64,000 nucleotides of DNA from Candidatus Jorgensenbacteria bacterium (GCA_043807585.1 JAZDFV010000001.1:46590-110589), one strand, 5' to 3'; positions 8,760 through 17,833 are shown, counted from the first letter of the stretch. A program made the numbers and translations. The notes: a model not told the origin generated them from the letters alone.

Positions 8760-9953
8760 CTAAAACCCTAATCGGCGGGCTGCCTCTGCACCCGCAGCGG
8801 CGTTTGTGGATATAAGAAGTGTACGGTTAACCCATGTGTAGCCGAGAGTGGACCCGGGCGTTGCAAAGTCAGCCAGCGAGGCGGGGTGTCCCTTGATGGT
8901 GCCGTCCCGCCATGCGCCCCCTACACCAGGGTTGGTAAGGAAAAAGTTTCCATTATCGGGGTCGTGTTGGAGCAAGCTCATTTTTCCCTGTGCGTCGCCG
9001 AGGTTCGCCGCGCCTTTCAGAGGTACCGCGAGGCCGAACCAAGTGCCGTCGGCTGCCGCGTAGGTGAAGTAGGTTGCGTCATCAGCGAAATATGCCAAGA
9101 TATCGGTGGTGAAGAAGCCCGGGACGAGGCGCTTTGCGAGTTCCCCAAACGCCATCACTTTCCCTTCGGCGGTTTTTAGCACCACCTCGCGGAAGAGCGG
9201 CACCGAGGCGTGGTCAAATGGAAGCGCTGCTTGCAACCCCACCACGCTCACGGGGGTGAGGGTAATATCGGTGCGGATGTCGGCGGGAATCGTGAAGAGA
9301 GTCGCGTGAGTATCGATGCCTCGGATCACTTCAGCCGGCGTCGAGGTCGGCGCGGGCACTACTGGCGGTGTGGGAACTACTGGCGGTGTGGGAACTACTG
9401 GCGGTGTTGGCGTTCCGCTTGGAGGTGGCGTTGCCACTTCTTGCGCGGGGGTTCCGGCGAACATCGGATAGATGAAGAAGTATCCCACGGCGGCGAGGCC
9501 TATCACCACCACAAACGAGATGATGCCGATGAAGATACCTCGCTTTGACCTGGGTTTTCCCGCGGGCATTGGAGGCAGAGGTGCGGGCGGCCCGACGGGT
9601 ACGGGCGGTTTTGGAGGAACACCTGCCTGCGCGGGCAGGCCGGCAGTTCCTATTCTGGGCGGTGTGAAAGGAATTGCGGGTTTTGAAAACGGGGCGGCGG
9701 GAGGACTGCCGGGGACCCCGGGCGGCGGCGGTGGCACTGGCCTGGGGACGTAAGAGCGGGGCTCTCCCCCTCCCTGCTCCTGCATAGAGCGGAGGTCCGA
9801 CCCCATGGTCCGCACCTCGGTCTTTGGTTGCGTCGACGGCGCGAGCGGCACCTCTCCCTCACCCGTTGGGAGATTCTTTGGGGGCTGTGGGGTACCCCAT
9901 CCGGGAGTCGTGGTTTCCATGCTTCTATTATACATCCTGTGAAAAGCATCCAC
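8760..9953 (-). CDS. proline-rich membrane-anchored protein with a C-terminal globular domain, hypothetical
   Basis: TM helix GIFIGIISFVVVIGLAAVGYFFIYPMF. PTPPVV x3 encoded by an 18-bp tandem repeat (9355-9414). True start probably internal to the ORF. Confidence 0.5.
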   Translation of the reverse strand: MDAFHRMYNRSMETTTPGWGTPQPPKNLPTGEGEVPLAPSTQPKTEVRTMGSDLRSMQEQGGGEPRSYVPRPVPPPPPGVPGSPPAAPFSKPAIPFTPPRIGTAGLPAQAGVPPKPPVPVGPPAPLPPMPAGKPRSKRGIFIGIISFVVVIGLAAVGYFFIYPMFAGTPAQEVATPPPSGTPTPPVVPTPPVVPTPPVVPAPTSTPAEVIRGIDTHATLFTIPADIRTDITLTPVSVVGLQAALPFDHASVPLFREVVLKTAEGKVMAFGELAKRLVPGFFTTDILAYFADDATYFTYAAADGTWFGLAVPLKGAANLGDAQGKMSLLQHDPDNGNFFLTNPGVGGAWRDGTIKGHPASLADFATPGSTLGYTWVNRTLLISTNAAAGAEAARRLGF

Positions 9954-10012
9954 AAAGAAGAGGTGTGTATAAGTTTAAAAAAGCCCCTGATGGGCCTATG
10001 AGCAGGCTACTC

Positions 10013-12091
10013 CTAACGAGGCGGAATGTTTTTGAGCGAGAGTCCGATGCGCCCATCGGGGTCCGCACGGACCACCTTGGCTCGCACGCGATCGCCCATG
10101 TGCACCACGTTTTCCACATTCTGCACAAACCCCTCTTTGAGCTCGGAGACATGGATCATCCCGTCACGGCCGCCGCCGAGGTCCACGATGGCGCCGAAAT
10201 CCATGATTTTTATCACCGGTCCCTCCACGATATCCCCCACTTTATATTCCCGCGTAACCGCCTCCACCATAGCGAACGCTTTCTTGCCCGCCTCCGCATC
10301 GTTTGCCGACACGAACACGGTGCCGTCCTCGTCGATATCAATATCCACCTTATCTTTCCCGCCGCACGCATCAATAATGCCGTTGATGACCTTGCCGCCG
10401 GGGCCGATGAGCGCGCCGATCTTTTCCACCGCGATGCGGATGATCTTGATGGCGGGCGCGAAGGGCGACAGTTGTGGACGCGGCGCAGAGAGCGTTTTCG
10501 CCATCACGTCCAAAATGTGCAGGCGTGCCTTCTTGGCTCCCGCGAGCGCGTCTCGGAAAATTTCGGGCGTGATGCCGTTCACTTTCGTGTCCATCTGGAT
10601 AGCGGTGATGCCGTCGCGCGTGCCCGCCGTTTTCATGTCCATGTCGCCGTAGTGGTCCTCGGGCCCCTGGATGTCGGTGAGAATTTTGTATGGCCTATCG
10701 GCCCAATCGGACTTCCCGTAATTATCAACCATTAGCCCCATTGCGATGCCCGCCACGGGGGTCTTTAAAGGCACACCCGCGTCCATCAAGGCAAGCGAGG
10801 TGGCGCAGGCCGAGGCCATTGAGGAAGAGCCGTTCGATGAGAGCGTCTCCGCGACCACGCGGATGGTGTAGGGGAAAATGTCCTTCGGCGGGATGAGATT
10901 GCGCACCGCTTTTGCGGCGAGAGCCCCATGGCCTATCTCGCGGCGGCCCGGACCGCGCGCGCGGCCGGTTTCACCGGTGGAGAAACTTGGGAAGTTGTAG
11001 TGGAGCATGAAGCGCCGTTTTTCTGTGGACTCCATCGTTTCCACGATCTGTTCCGCGGAGGGAGAGGCGAGCGTTACCACGGCGAGGATTTGAGTATCGC
11101 CACGGATGAAAAGCGCCGAGCCGTGGAGGCGCGGGACGAGCCCCACCTCGGCGTAGAGGTCGCGCACTTCGTCGAATCGGCGCCCGTCGGGACGTTCGTT
11201 CTTTTCCAGCGCCGCACGCCGCACGTGCGCATCTACCGCATTTTCAAAGATGGTGTCGGCAAAACCCATAGCCTCTTCGCCGCCGTCGGTTGTGGCGAGG
11301 TACTCGTGGAGCGCCTTCAACAGGGCGCCCAGCGTTTTCGCGCGAATGGCGTCCGCGAGTTTTTCCTCGATGAAACCGAGCACCGTCGTTTTTGTTTGCG
11401 CCGACGGCTCCGCGAGCGGCACATCCATTTTTTTCTTGCCTATTTTCTCCGCGACGTCGCGCTGGAATGCCACGAGCGCCGCGATCTCTTTTTGGGCGCG
11501 CGCGAAGAGCTCCTGCACCTCCTCCTCCAAAACCTCGGCTCCTTCAAATTCGATCATGTTCACGAGCTTTTCGGGGCCGGCGAAGAAGGCCTGATGTCGG
11601 AGCGAGCCGTCGGGGTTCGTCGCGTTCAGTGATACTCCTGCCACTGGCCCGTTCCACGGAATATCCGAAATGGCGAGCGCGGCGGAGGTGGCGAGGAGCG
11701 CCACGGCGTCCGGGTCGTGTTTCTCGTCGTATGCGATGACCGTCACGGTTACCTGCACTTCGCGCCGGAGCCGCTGGTCAAAGAGCGGTCTGACGGTGCG
11801 GTCAATGAGGCGTCCGGAGAGCACCGCGTCATCGGAGGCCCTCCCCTCGCGCCGTACGAATCGGCTCCCGAGAATTTTCCCCGCGGCGTAGAAGCGCTCC
11901 TCGTAGTCAACAGTCAAGGGGAAGTAGTCGGTGGTGGTTTCTTTATCGCCTATTACCACGGCGGCGAGGACCACGGTATCCCCGTGGCGCCCCATGACGG
12001 CACCGTTCGCTTGATGGGCGAGTTCGGAAACCTCCAAGCTTACCGGTTCTCCATTGAGCGTGCTTTTGAAAATTTGGCGATTGAGATCCAT
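10013..12091 (-). CDS. pnp: polyribonucleotide nucleotidyltransferase (PNPase)
   Basis: 692 aa with two RNase PH domains plus KH and S1 domains (e.g. GRREIGHGALA, VKVGDIVEGPVIKIMDFGA). Confidence 0.95.
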   Translation of the reverse strand: MDLNRQIFKSTLNGEPVSLEVSELAHQANGAVMGRHGDTVVLAAVVIGDKETTTDYFPLTVDYEERFYAAGKILGSRFVRREGRASDDAVLSGRLIDRTVRPLFDQRLRREVQVTVTVIAYDEKHDPDAVALLATSAALAISDIPWNGPVAGVSLNATNPDGSLRHQAFFAGPEKLVNMIEFEGAEVLEEEVQELFARAQKEIAALVAFQRDVAEKIGKKKMDVPLAEPSAQTKTTVLGFIEEKLADAIRAKTLGALLKALHEYLATTDGGEEAMGFADTIFENAVDAHVRRAALEKNERPDGRRFDEVRDLYAEVGLVPRLHGSALFIRGDTQILAVVTLASPSAEQIVETMESTEKRRFMLHYNFPSFSTGETGRARGPGRREIGHGALAAKAVRNLIPPKDIFPYTIRVVAETLSSNGSSSMASACATSLALMDAGVPLKTPVAGIAMGLMVDNYGKSDWADRPYKILTDIQGPEDHYGDMDMKTAGTRDGITAIQMDTKVNGITPEIFRDALAGAKKARLHILDVMAKTLSAPRPQLSPFAPAIKIIRIAVEKIGALIGPGGKVINGIIDACGGKDKVDIDIDEDGTVFVSANDAEAGKKAFAMVEAVTREYKVGDIVEGPVIKIMDFGAIVDLGGGRDGMIHVSELKEGFVQNVENVVHMGDRVRAKVVRADPDGRIGLSLKNIPPR

Positions 12092-12174
12092 GTTTTTACT
12101 AAACGCTAATTTATGCTGATTTTGGCTGATTTACGCGGATATCTTTTTAGTCATTAGTTGTCAGTTGTAAGTTT

Positions 12175-12714
12175 TCAGCTATTTTTCCCTTTACCGCCAG
12201 AGCGCTGCGGGATTCTGATGAGGAGTTTGGGAACCTTTTCCAGATCGACGAAGAGGTCCGCGGCCTCGCGGAGCCGTCCCGATGAGGTGCGTCGGAACGC
12301 AGCGACCTCCACCTGTTTTCCCATTCCCCACTTCAGGTATTCCACAAGAGGGACAAAGTCACCGTCACCGGTTACGAGTACCACCGCGTCCAGGCTTGGG
12401 GCCATGCGCATGGCGTCCACCGCCATTCCCACGTCCCAGTCGGCTTTCTTGGTACCGTCGGGATAAATTTGGAGGTCCTTCAGGCGGAGTTCCATACCCA
12501 CCTGCCGGAGCGCCTCAAAGAACGATTCTTCTCCGAGAGCCGTCTCGCTCTTTACCACATAGGCGATAGCGCGGATCATGGGCCGGCGCGCGGAGAGCAC
12601 GCGGAGGAGCTCCCGGAAATTTACGCGGGAGTGGTAGAGGTGTTTCGCGGAGTGATAGATGTTTTGGACATCTACGAAAATACCTACGCGCTGGTTGGGA
12701 TGTGAAATGGCCAT
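12175..12714 (-). CDS. NYN-domain (LabA-like) protein
   Basis: VGIFVDVQNIY ... VLVTGDGDFVPLVEYLK pattern, typical of PF01936. Confidence 0.8.
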   Translation of the reverse strand: MAISHPNQRVGIFVDVQNIYHSAKHLYHSRVNFRELLRVLSARRPMIRAIAYVVKSETALGEESFFEALRQVGMELRLKDLQIYPDGTKKADWDVGMAVDAMRMAPSLDAVVLVTGDGDFVPLVEYLKWGMGKQVEVAAFRRTSSGRLREAADLFVDLEKVPKLLIRIPQRSGGKGKNS

Positions 12715-12721
12715 TCTGATT

Positions 12722-13012
12722 TTATCCGACGTTGAGCGCGAGCTTCTTGGTGAGCTTTTCGTATTGCTGCTCGTCTTCGCGCTTCAGGTACTGGAGAAAC
12801 TTGCGCCGCTTCCCCACCATCATAAGGAGTCCCCGCCGCGAGTGGTGGTCCTTGGGGTGCTTTTTCAGGTGGTCGGCGAGCGTTTGTATCTGCTTGGAGA
12901 GGAGCCCGATTTGTGCCTCCGCCGACCCCGTGTCGGTCTCATGGCGCTGGTGATCCTTTATAGCATTCTGTTTCTGTCGCTTGGAGAGCATGATTTTTAT
13001 AAGTTTTTTCAT
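12722..13012 (-). CDS. rpsO: 30S ribosomal protein S15
   Basis: 96 aa. HQRHETDTGSAEAQIGLLS ... LKKHPKDHHSRRGLL signature. Sits upstream of pnp as in many bacteria. Confidence 0.92.
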   Translation of the reverse strand: MKKLIKIMLSKRQKQNAIKDHQRHETDTGSAEAQIGLLSKQIQTLADHLKKHPKDHHSRRGLLMMVGKRRKFLQYLKREDEQQYEKLTKKLALNVG

Positions 13013-13039
13013 TCTATCAGGGATTATAGCGTTTGTCTA

Positions 13040-13054
13040 CCCCGTTAGAGACGG
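13040..13054. repeat. solitary CCCCGTTAGAGACGG end-motif of the CCCGTTAGAG element family, upstream of rpsO
   Basis: Motif identical to element termini. No partner inverted repeat found. On the minus strand it is followed by a TATAAT box 13 nt before the rpsO ATG. Confidence 0.4.
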
Positions 13055-13098
13055 CCCGTCCAGAGGCCATTCCGGTGCGCCGCTTCGCGTCCGCAATC

Positions 13099-13123
13099 AA
13101 TTAACGACATCGTAAGTCGTTAA
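13099..13123. promoter_or_regulatory. second copy of the 25-bp palindrome ATTAACGACatcgtaaGTCGTTAAT, in the rpsO/xer divergent promoter region
   Basis: Identical to 5363-5387. Followed by a second imperfect palindrome TTTTGCAACACAaaaaTGTGTCGCAAAA and a TATAAT 6 nt before the xer ATG. Confidence 0.5.
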
Positions 13124-13177
13124 TTTATTTTGCAACACAAAAATGTGTCGCAAAATAATCTTTGCTATAATGAGGCG

Positions 13178-14065
13178 ATGACCGAAGTCCAAAAACTAGT
13201 AAAAGAGTATCTGGACTACCTGGAGATCGAGAAAAACCGCTCCCCGAAGACGCGGGAGAACTACACCCACTACCTTCATAAGTTCCTAGAGCTCTCCGGG
13301 GCGCGGACGGTGCGCGACGTTAGCGCGGAGGCGGTGCGGGAGTTCCGGATTACGCTCGCGCGGAAGAATTTGAAGAAAAACACCCAGAGCTACTACGTGA
13401 TCGCACTCCGCAACTTCCTGAAGTACCTCGTGCGCCGCGGTATCCCCGCGCTCCCTCCGGAGACCGTGGAGCTCCCGAAGGTTGCGAGGCGCGACATAGA
13501 GGTGCTCTCCTACCCCGAGCTCGAGCGCATCCTTGCGGCCCCAAAAGGAAGCGACCTTCGCACCCTCCGCGACCGCGCCATCCTGGAAGTTCTCTTTTCT
13601 ACCGGCCTTCGTCTCTCTGAACTGTGTGCCCTCCCCCGCTATATGGATCTCGCCCGCGGCGAGCTTTCGGTGCGCGGTAAGGGAGACAAGTTGCGTGTGG
13701 TGTTCTTCTCTGAGAGCGCAAAGCGGGCCCTCAAGGAGTATCTTGGGAAGCGGACCGATACCGAGGAGGCACTCTTTGTGAGCTTGGACCGACGCGGACA
13801 AGTGATCGGGAAGATCACTCCGCGGGCGGTCGAACGCCTCGTGGAGACCCGCGCGCGTGAGGCGGGAATCGCTAGGTTTCGGGTTCATCCACATCTCGTC
13901 CGTCACGCGTTCGCAACCGACCTCCTCATCAACGGCGCCGATCTCCGCTCGGTGCAGGAACTCCTGGGGCACGCGAACGTCGCGACCACGCAGGTCTACA
14001 CCCATCTCACGAACCAGGAGCTCCGGGAAGTGCACAAGGCCTTCCACGGTCGCCGCCGCTCGTAG
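13178..14065 (+). CDS. tyrosine site-specific recombinase, XerC/XerD family
   Basis: RHAFATDLL, LGHANVATTQVYTHL and a catalytic Tyr region. Start trimmed to MTEVQKL, where TATAAT lies 6 nt upstream (possible leaderless transcript). Confidence 0.85.
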   Translation: MTEVQKLVKEYLDYLEIEKNRSPKTRENYTHYLHKFLELSGARTVRDVSAEAVREFRITLARKNLKKNTQSYYVIALRNFLKYLVRRGIPALPPETVELPKVARRDIEVLSYPELERILAAPKGSDLRTLRDRAILEVLFSTGLRLSELCALPRYMDLARGELSVRGKGDKLRVVFFSESAKRALKEYLGKRTDTEEALFVSLDRRGQVIGKITPRAVERLVETRAREAGIARFRVHPHLVRHAFATDLLINGADLRSVQELLGHANVATTQVYTHLTNQELREVHKAFHGRRRS

Positions 14066-14203
14066 CGGCTTTAGCGAACCAAGCCCGCCGTCGTCGCTGA
14101 TTCCTTCTTTTGACGGTGCCTGCGGGGTAGGGTAGGCTCAAGGCAGGCGCTTTATAGTCAACGATTTCTGACCGATTTTCCGAAAAGGAAGGAGGCGTGC
14201 ATT

Positions 14204-14620
14204 ATGTTCCCACGATATGACGGAAATGTCCTCGGGTGTGCTGGGCGGTTTCTGCGAGCGATCATCGAACATCGTACGGATCTCACCCAGCGGTGGCGGC
14301 TCGAGATGGACGACGAGGGGAATGTGAGCGTGTTCTGCAGTATGGCATCGCCCGACCCCGTCCTCAAAGAGTTCGATGCTGCGTTCTTCGAGCGGCACGG
14401 TCTCAACGCTGACCGCTGGTCTCCGGTGCTTCGGTTTCCGTGGGGTGAGCCGTGGAAACCGTACGTTCCCGGTTCGCAGGACCACGCGGGGAACATGGAC
14501 GTTGGGTGGCGGTACAGTGGAGCACCCACGGCAGCTACCGCCCTTGGAGACCAAGAGGAGGAGACCTCGGCAGCCACAGGTTCCGGAAGATCCACGTTTC
14601 CAAGAAAGATAATGGATTGA
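14204..14620 (+). CDS. hypothetical protein (138 aa)
   Basis: ORF with an AGGAGG RBS 7 nt upstream. No recognisable motifs. Confidence 0.4.
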   Translation: MFPRYDGNVLGCAGRFLRAIIEHRTDLTQRWRLEMDDEGNVSVFCSMASPDPVLKEFDAAFFERHGLNADRWSPVLRFPWGEPWKPYVPGSQDHAGNMDVGWRYSGAPTAATALGDQEEETSAATGSGRSTFPRKIMD

Positions 14621-14716
14621 ATCGAAGGAAGGGATTGTTTTATGGAAAGCGAAAATCCGCTCTGTTAATTGGAGCGGATTTTTCGTTGTGGGCAAGCTGC
14701 CTCTGTTTTGCTCCGG

Positions 14717-14799
14717 TGGGCAGGGTGGGATTCGAACCCACATGGACTTGCGTCCGCCAGCTCCTAAAACTGGTGCGTCTGCCGTTCCGCCACCTGCCC
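14717..14799 (-). tRNA. tRNA-Leu (anticodon TAG), type II with a long variable arm
   Basis: Manual fold of the minus strand. Acceptor GGGCAGG/CCTGCCC, anticodon stem CCAGT/GCTGG, anticodon loop TTTAGGA, variable arm GGAC-gcaa-GTCC, T-arm GTGGG-TTCGAAT-CCCAC, discriminator A. Confidence 0.85.
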
Positions 14800-14913
14800 C
14801 GGTTTTTATTGTAGGCGGAACGGGACAATTTGACAAATATTATGTTCTGTTATAGAATTTAACCAGCAAATAAGCAACTGAATTAAGGATAAACTACTGG
14901 AAGGAGAAATCTT

Positions 14914-15999
14914 ATGCCCGAACTAATAACCGTACTCATTGTTATCTTTTCATGCTGCATTCTTGAATTTCTGCTTTCGCTGAGATGGGTCAAGCCAGAT
15001 CCACCCCACAAGGGTATCCGCACCTTTCTTGGTGAGCGGGAGCCAGTGTTGGTGGATGAGGGCTTGAACCTCCTCCTCTTCCCACTCTTCGGGCACATCC
15101 CCGTGAAAGTCGAACAGATAGTTATGAATTTGGAGGAACAGGAAGACCTGCGCCCCCCCGACGGATCGGATCTCGTATGTTCAGCTTCGCTTACTCTTGT
15201 ACCCGCGTGGCAGGTGATGGAGAATGGGCAGCCGCGGAAAACCGCAGAACTTCTCATCAAATTCAAGAACGCCGGTGGTGCAGAGGGAGTCCAAGCCCAG
15301 CTGAAAGTTATCTTGCAGGAGCGATTGCGGCAGTGGGTGCGCTCCCCCAGGGAGGGCCCGCAAAATTGGGAAGAGGCGGTGGCAGCCCAGGAGGATGCCG
15401 CCGCAGTACTCCTCAAGGCGATACTGGGAGACCAACTCACACCCATTCCAGCACCTTTTCCCACCACCGTTCTTCTCCATTACTTCTTGGAGCCGCGACC
15501 GGTCCCCACGACGGCCGAGGTAACTTCTTTCGGGAAGAACTGGGAGACGATAGACGAATATTTCAAAGGGAAGGACGAGGAACGCAAAAAGGTGGCAGAG
15601 GCTGTTAGAGATAGGAGAAAAGAGATAAGGGAGGCGCGCGAAGGGAACGGTTCCCTGATCCACCGTCACCTTGGCGTCGCGATATGTCGCCTGAATATCA
15701 CCAAGATAAAGGTGGTTGGGAAGCTTGCCGATGCCGCCGAACTCAGGGCAACAGAGGAGCAAGAGCGGAAAGCGGAGGTATACGAGGTGGGGACCGAAAT
15801 CGAGAAGGCGAGGCTGCTGGTGGAAGCGGTGGAAGCGAAGGGTGAGAAGCTTTCCACCCAGCAGGCCTACCAGGTCATAATGGAATGGAAGACGACGAGA
15901 GAGGGTAAGGGATACACCATCCCTGGACTTTCTCCGGTGATTGAGGCAGCTCTCAGAGCCATTTTCCCCACCACGTCAAAGATCGTTTCATCCAAGTAG
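14914..15999 (+). CDS. SPFH/band-7 (stomatin/prohibitin/flotillin-like) domain protein
   Basis: N-terminal TM, then an SPFH-like core (GIRTFLGEREPVLVDEGLNLLLFP ... VKVEQIVMNL), then an EA-rich coiled-coil tail (RATEEQERKAEVYEVGTEIEKARLLVEAVEAKGEK). GGAG RBS. Confidence 0.6.
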   Translation: MPELITVLIVIFSCCILEFLLSLRWVKPDPPHKGIRTFLGEREPVLVDEGLNLLLFPLFGHIPVKVEQIVMNLEEQEDLRPPDGSDLVCSASLTLVPAWQVMENGQPRKTAELLIKFKNAGGAEGVQAQLKVILQERLRQWVRSPREGPQNWEEAVAAQEDAAAVLLKAILGDQLTPIPAPFPTTVLLHYFLEPRPVPTTAEVTSFGKNWETIDEYFKGKDEERKKVAEAVRDRRKEIREAREGNGSLIHRHLGVAICRLNITKIKVVGKLADAAELRATEEQERKAEVYEVGTEIEKARLLVEAVEAKGEKLSTQQAYQVIMEWKTTREGKGYTIPGLSPVIEAALRAIFPTTSKIVSSK

Positions 16000-16014
16000 A
16001 GAAAGGAGTACGCG

Positions 16015-16419
16015 ATGTCCAAGAAATGGATATTGATAGGAGGGGTTGCTATTGTGGTGCTGGGGGTGATCCTCGTGCTGTTACTCTCTGGGGGCAAGAA
16101 GCCGCCAGATTTATCGGGGGCTAACCAGTGGAAACCGGCTCAGGTACCACCACAGTCGTGGGTGCTCAATAAGCCCGGGGTGTGGGTGATGACGGTGACG
16201 AGTTTGGATACGGTCACCTGGTCGCCCACTTCCTACAAGATTTGGGCGGACAGGCCATATCGTGCCGCGGTCTATCCTTCCGGGTCCGGAGGGCAGCGGA
16301 GGGAGTACTCGATGCCAGCGGCACCGAAGTACTACCACGGCGCGCCGGGTCTCATAGATCACCTGGAGGTGATGGCTATTGATACCCTCACCGTTTTCTG
16401 GGCCCAGCGAGTAATGTAG
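16015..16419 (+). CDS. small single-TM protein; possible NfeD-like partner of the SPFH protein (speculative)
   Basis: AAAGGAG RBS. TM helix ILIGGVAIVVLGVILVLLL plus a ~100-aa C-terminal domain. Confidence 0.5.
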   Translation: MSKKWILIGGVAIVVLGVILVLLLSGGKKPPDLSGANQWKPAQVPPQSWVLNKPGVWVMTVTSLDTVTWSPTSYKIWADRPYRAAVYPSGSGGQRREYSMPAAPKYYHGAPGLIDHLEVMAIDTLTVFWAQRVM

Positions 16420-16426
16420 CAGAGAA

Positions 16427-16468
16427 AAACAAACCCCGTTGAGAAAAACTCAACGGGGTTCTTTTATT
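16427..16468 (+). terminator. rho-independent terminator (AACCCCGTTGAG-aaaaa-CTCAACGGGGTT followed by a T-tract)
   Basis: Perfect 12-bp stem followed by cttttatttg. Confidence 0.7.
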
Positions 16469-16554
16469 TGACAAATTTAGGGGTTTATGCTATCCTCCAA
16501 TTAGAATCTGAACAACTATTAAAACCGAATTAGGACAATTAAGGAGTGATTGTC

Positions 16555-17418
16555 ATGAAAAATCTTGGATCTGTAGAGAAAAACGCTCCGAATTTCAAAG
16601 GAATATTCAGAACGTTGGTTGTCGTATTTATTGTCCTTGCTGCATTTCTGCTCCTCATTGCTGCTGGCCAACTCGTCTTTTTCTTTGAGATGTTTGGTTG
16701 GTTTCAGCATCAAGTAAGGAGTTTGACTGGAGCTGACGTGTTGATCGCGAACGGTATCGCAGCGGTCATCATGGCGATCATTTTCGCCCTCCCCTTGTTG
16801 GCATTTCTTAGATCATTTCTGCCATTTCCGCAGAGGAAACGTGTTATGTACCGCGTTTCGATACTCTCCTTTTTTGCCATTCTCTTTTTCGCCTCGTACA
16901 TCCTTTCCCAGGACGTGTTTTTCGATCCGGATACGGGAGCGCCATTGAAGTACTACACCATTCGTCCGGATGGAGCGTACAAGTTCTATTCTACGGGAGG
17001 ATATGATGCTTTTACTGGCGACACCCTAAAAAGGGTTACAAAGGAAGTTGTGCTCCGCTATTCTGGTTTCCGCGATAGCAAACCGTCATCAGAGCGTCCG
17101 TCGGTTACTGCAAACACCGTGCAGCAGTTTGAAGCCAAAGAGGGGCAGGTATGGGTGAAGGCGGGTGAGCAGATCACCGATACGCTTGAAATGGGGCGAT
17201 GGTCTAAGCTTTTCCACCTCCCCCCTGACCACAAGAAGTTTTCCATGGATGTTTCTGAGGAGTTCCATGGAATACGGTTTTGGGATGGAACGGAGTGGGA
17301 TCGTGCGCAGATTCTCAACTATTTGAAATCGCACGATGGGTGGATGAGCACCGTGCCGTCAGCCTCCTTCCGGCTCCGCGGGAAGGGAGTTGTCACCATT
17401 ATGGTGGCAGCCAAGTAG
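16555..17418 (+). CDS. membrane protein (4 predicted TM) with a C-terminal soluble domain, hypothetical
   Basis: AAGGAG RBS 8 nt before ATG 16555. Local GC is lower than elsewhere in the window. Confidence 0.55.
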   Translation: MKNLGSVEKNAPNFKGIFRTLVVVFIVLAAFLLLIAAGQLVFFFEMFGWFQHQVRSLTGADVLIANGIAAVIMAIIFALPLLAFLRSFLPFPQRKRVMYRVSILSFFAILFFASYILSQDVFFDPDTGAPLKYYTIRPDGAYKFYSTGGYDAFTGDTLKRVTKEVVLRYSGFRDSKPSSERPSVTANTVQQFEAKEGQVWVKAGEQITDTLEMGRWSKLFHLPPDHKKFSMDVSEEFHGIRFWDGTEWDRAQILNYLKSHDGWMSTVPSASFRLRGKGVVTIMVAAK

Positions 17419-17430
17419 AAACAGTAACGA

Positions 17431-17470
17431 ACCCCGTTGAGGAAAACTCAACGGGGTTCTTATATTTTGC
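17431..17470 (+). terminator. rho-independent terminator, near-identical copy of the one at 16427
   Basis: AACCCCGTTGAG-gaaaa-CTCAACGGGGTT followed by cttatatttt. Confidence 0.7.
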
Positions 17471-17480
17471 AGAAGCCTAC

Positions 17481-17816
17481 TTAGCACCCGCTCGCGGAGG
17501 TGCAGAGGAGCGCTTTCGTGAGCGCGATGATGCCGGTGGCGAGGATAGCAGTCGCGACCGCGATGACCGCGTAGATGAGTTGTTTCTTCGCCGCCTCCAC
17601 CTTTTCCGCGCTTTCGCCTGCGGTGAGGAACGTGAATGCGGCGAAAATGATAAAGACCACGGCAACGGCGAGGAGAACGGCATAGGCCCAGCCACTGAAC
17701 TTATCTATGGCGGCAATCACCTTTGTCGGCGTGTCGATGTCCGAGGCCGCGAGAGCGGGCGCGGGGGAAAAGAGAGCGGCGGCCGTGAACCAGAAACTTT
17801 TAATGGGTAGTTTCAT
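17481..17816 (-). CDS. pilin-like small protein P1 (TrbC/VirB2-like T4SS-pilin architecture)
   Basis: Signal peptide (AALFSPAPALA) and two hydrophobic helices separated by a short charged loop (AAFTFLTAGESAEKVEAAKKQLIYAVIAVATAILA). Cys-containing C-terminus. Confidence 0.6.
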   Translation of the reverse strand: MKLPIKSFWFTAAALFSPAPALAASDIDTPTKVIAAIDKFSGWAYAVLLAVAVVFIIFAAFTFLTAGESAEKVEAAKKQLIYAVIAVATAILATGIIALTKALLCTSASGC

Positions 17817-17833
17817 AGCGCTTTAGTTTGCCG

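Noticed and set aside
8620-8760. Assignment as SRP (4.5S) RNA, tmRNA or RNase P RNA
   Set aside because: I could not find the conserved SRP domain IV motif, the tmRNA tRNA-like ends, or the RNase P P4 sequence by eye. Left as an unassigned structured region.
13130-14800. Calling a complete integrated genomic island from tRNA-Leu plus the adjacent recombinase
   Set aside because: The recombinase carries full XerC/D housekeeping signatures, and no direct repeat of the tRNA 3-prime end was found at a candidate far boundary. Kept only as a hotspot hypothesis.
14138-14836. 232-aa and other ORFs overlapping the tRNA-Leu locus
   Set aside because: They overlap a well-folded tRNA gene and have Arg/Pro-rich composition. 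Spurious.
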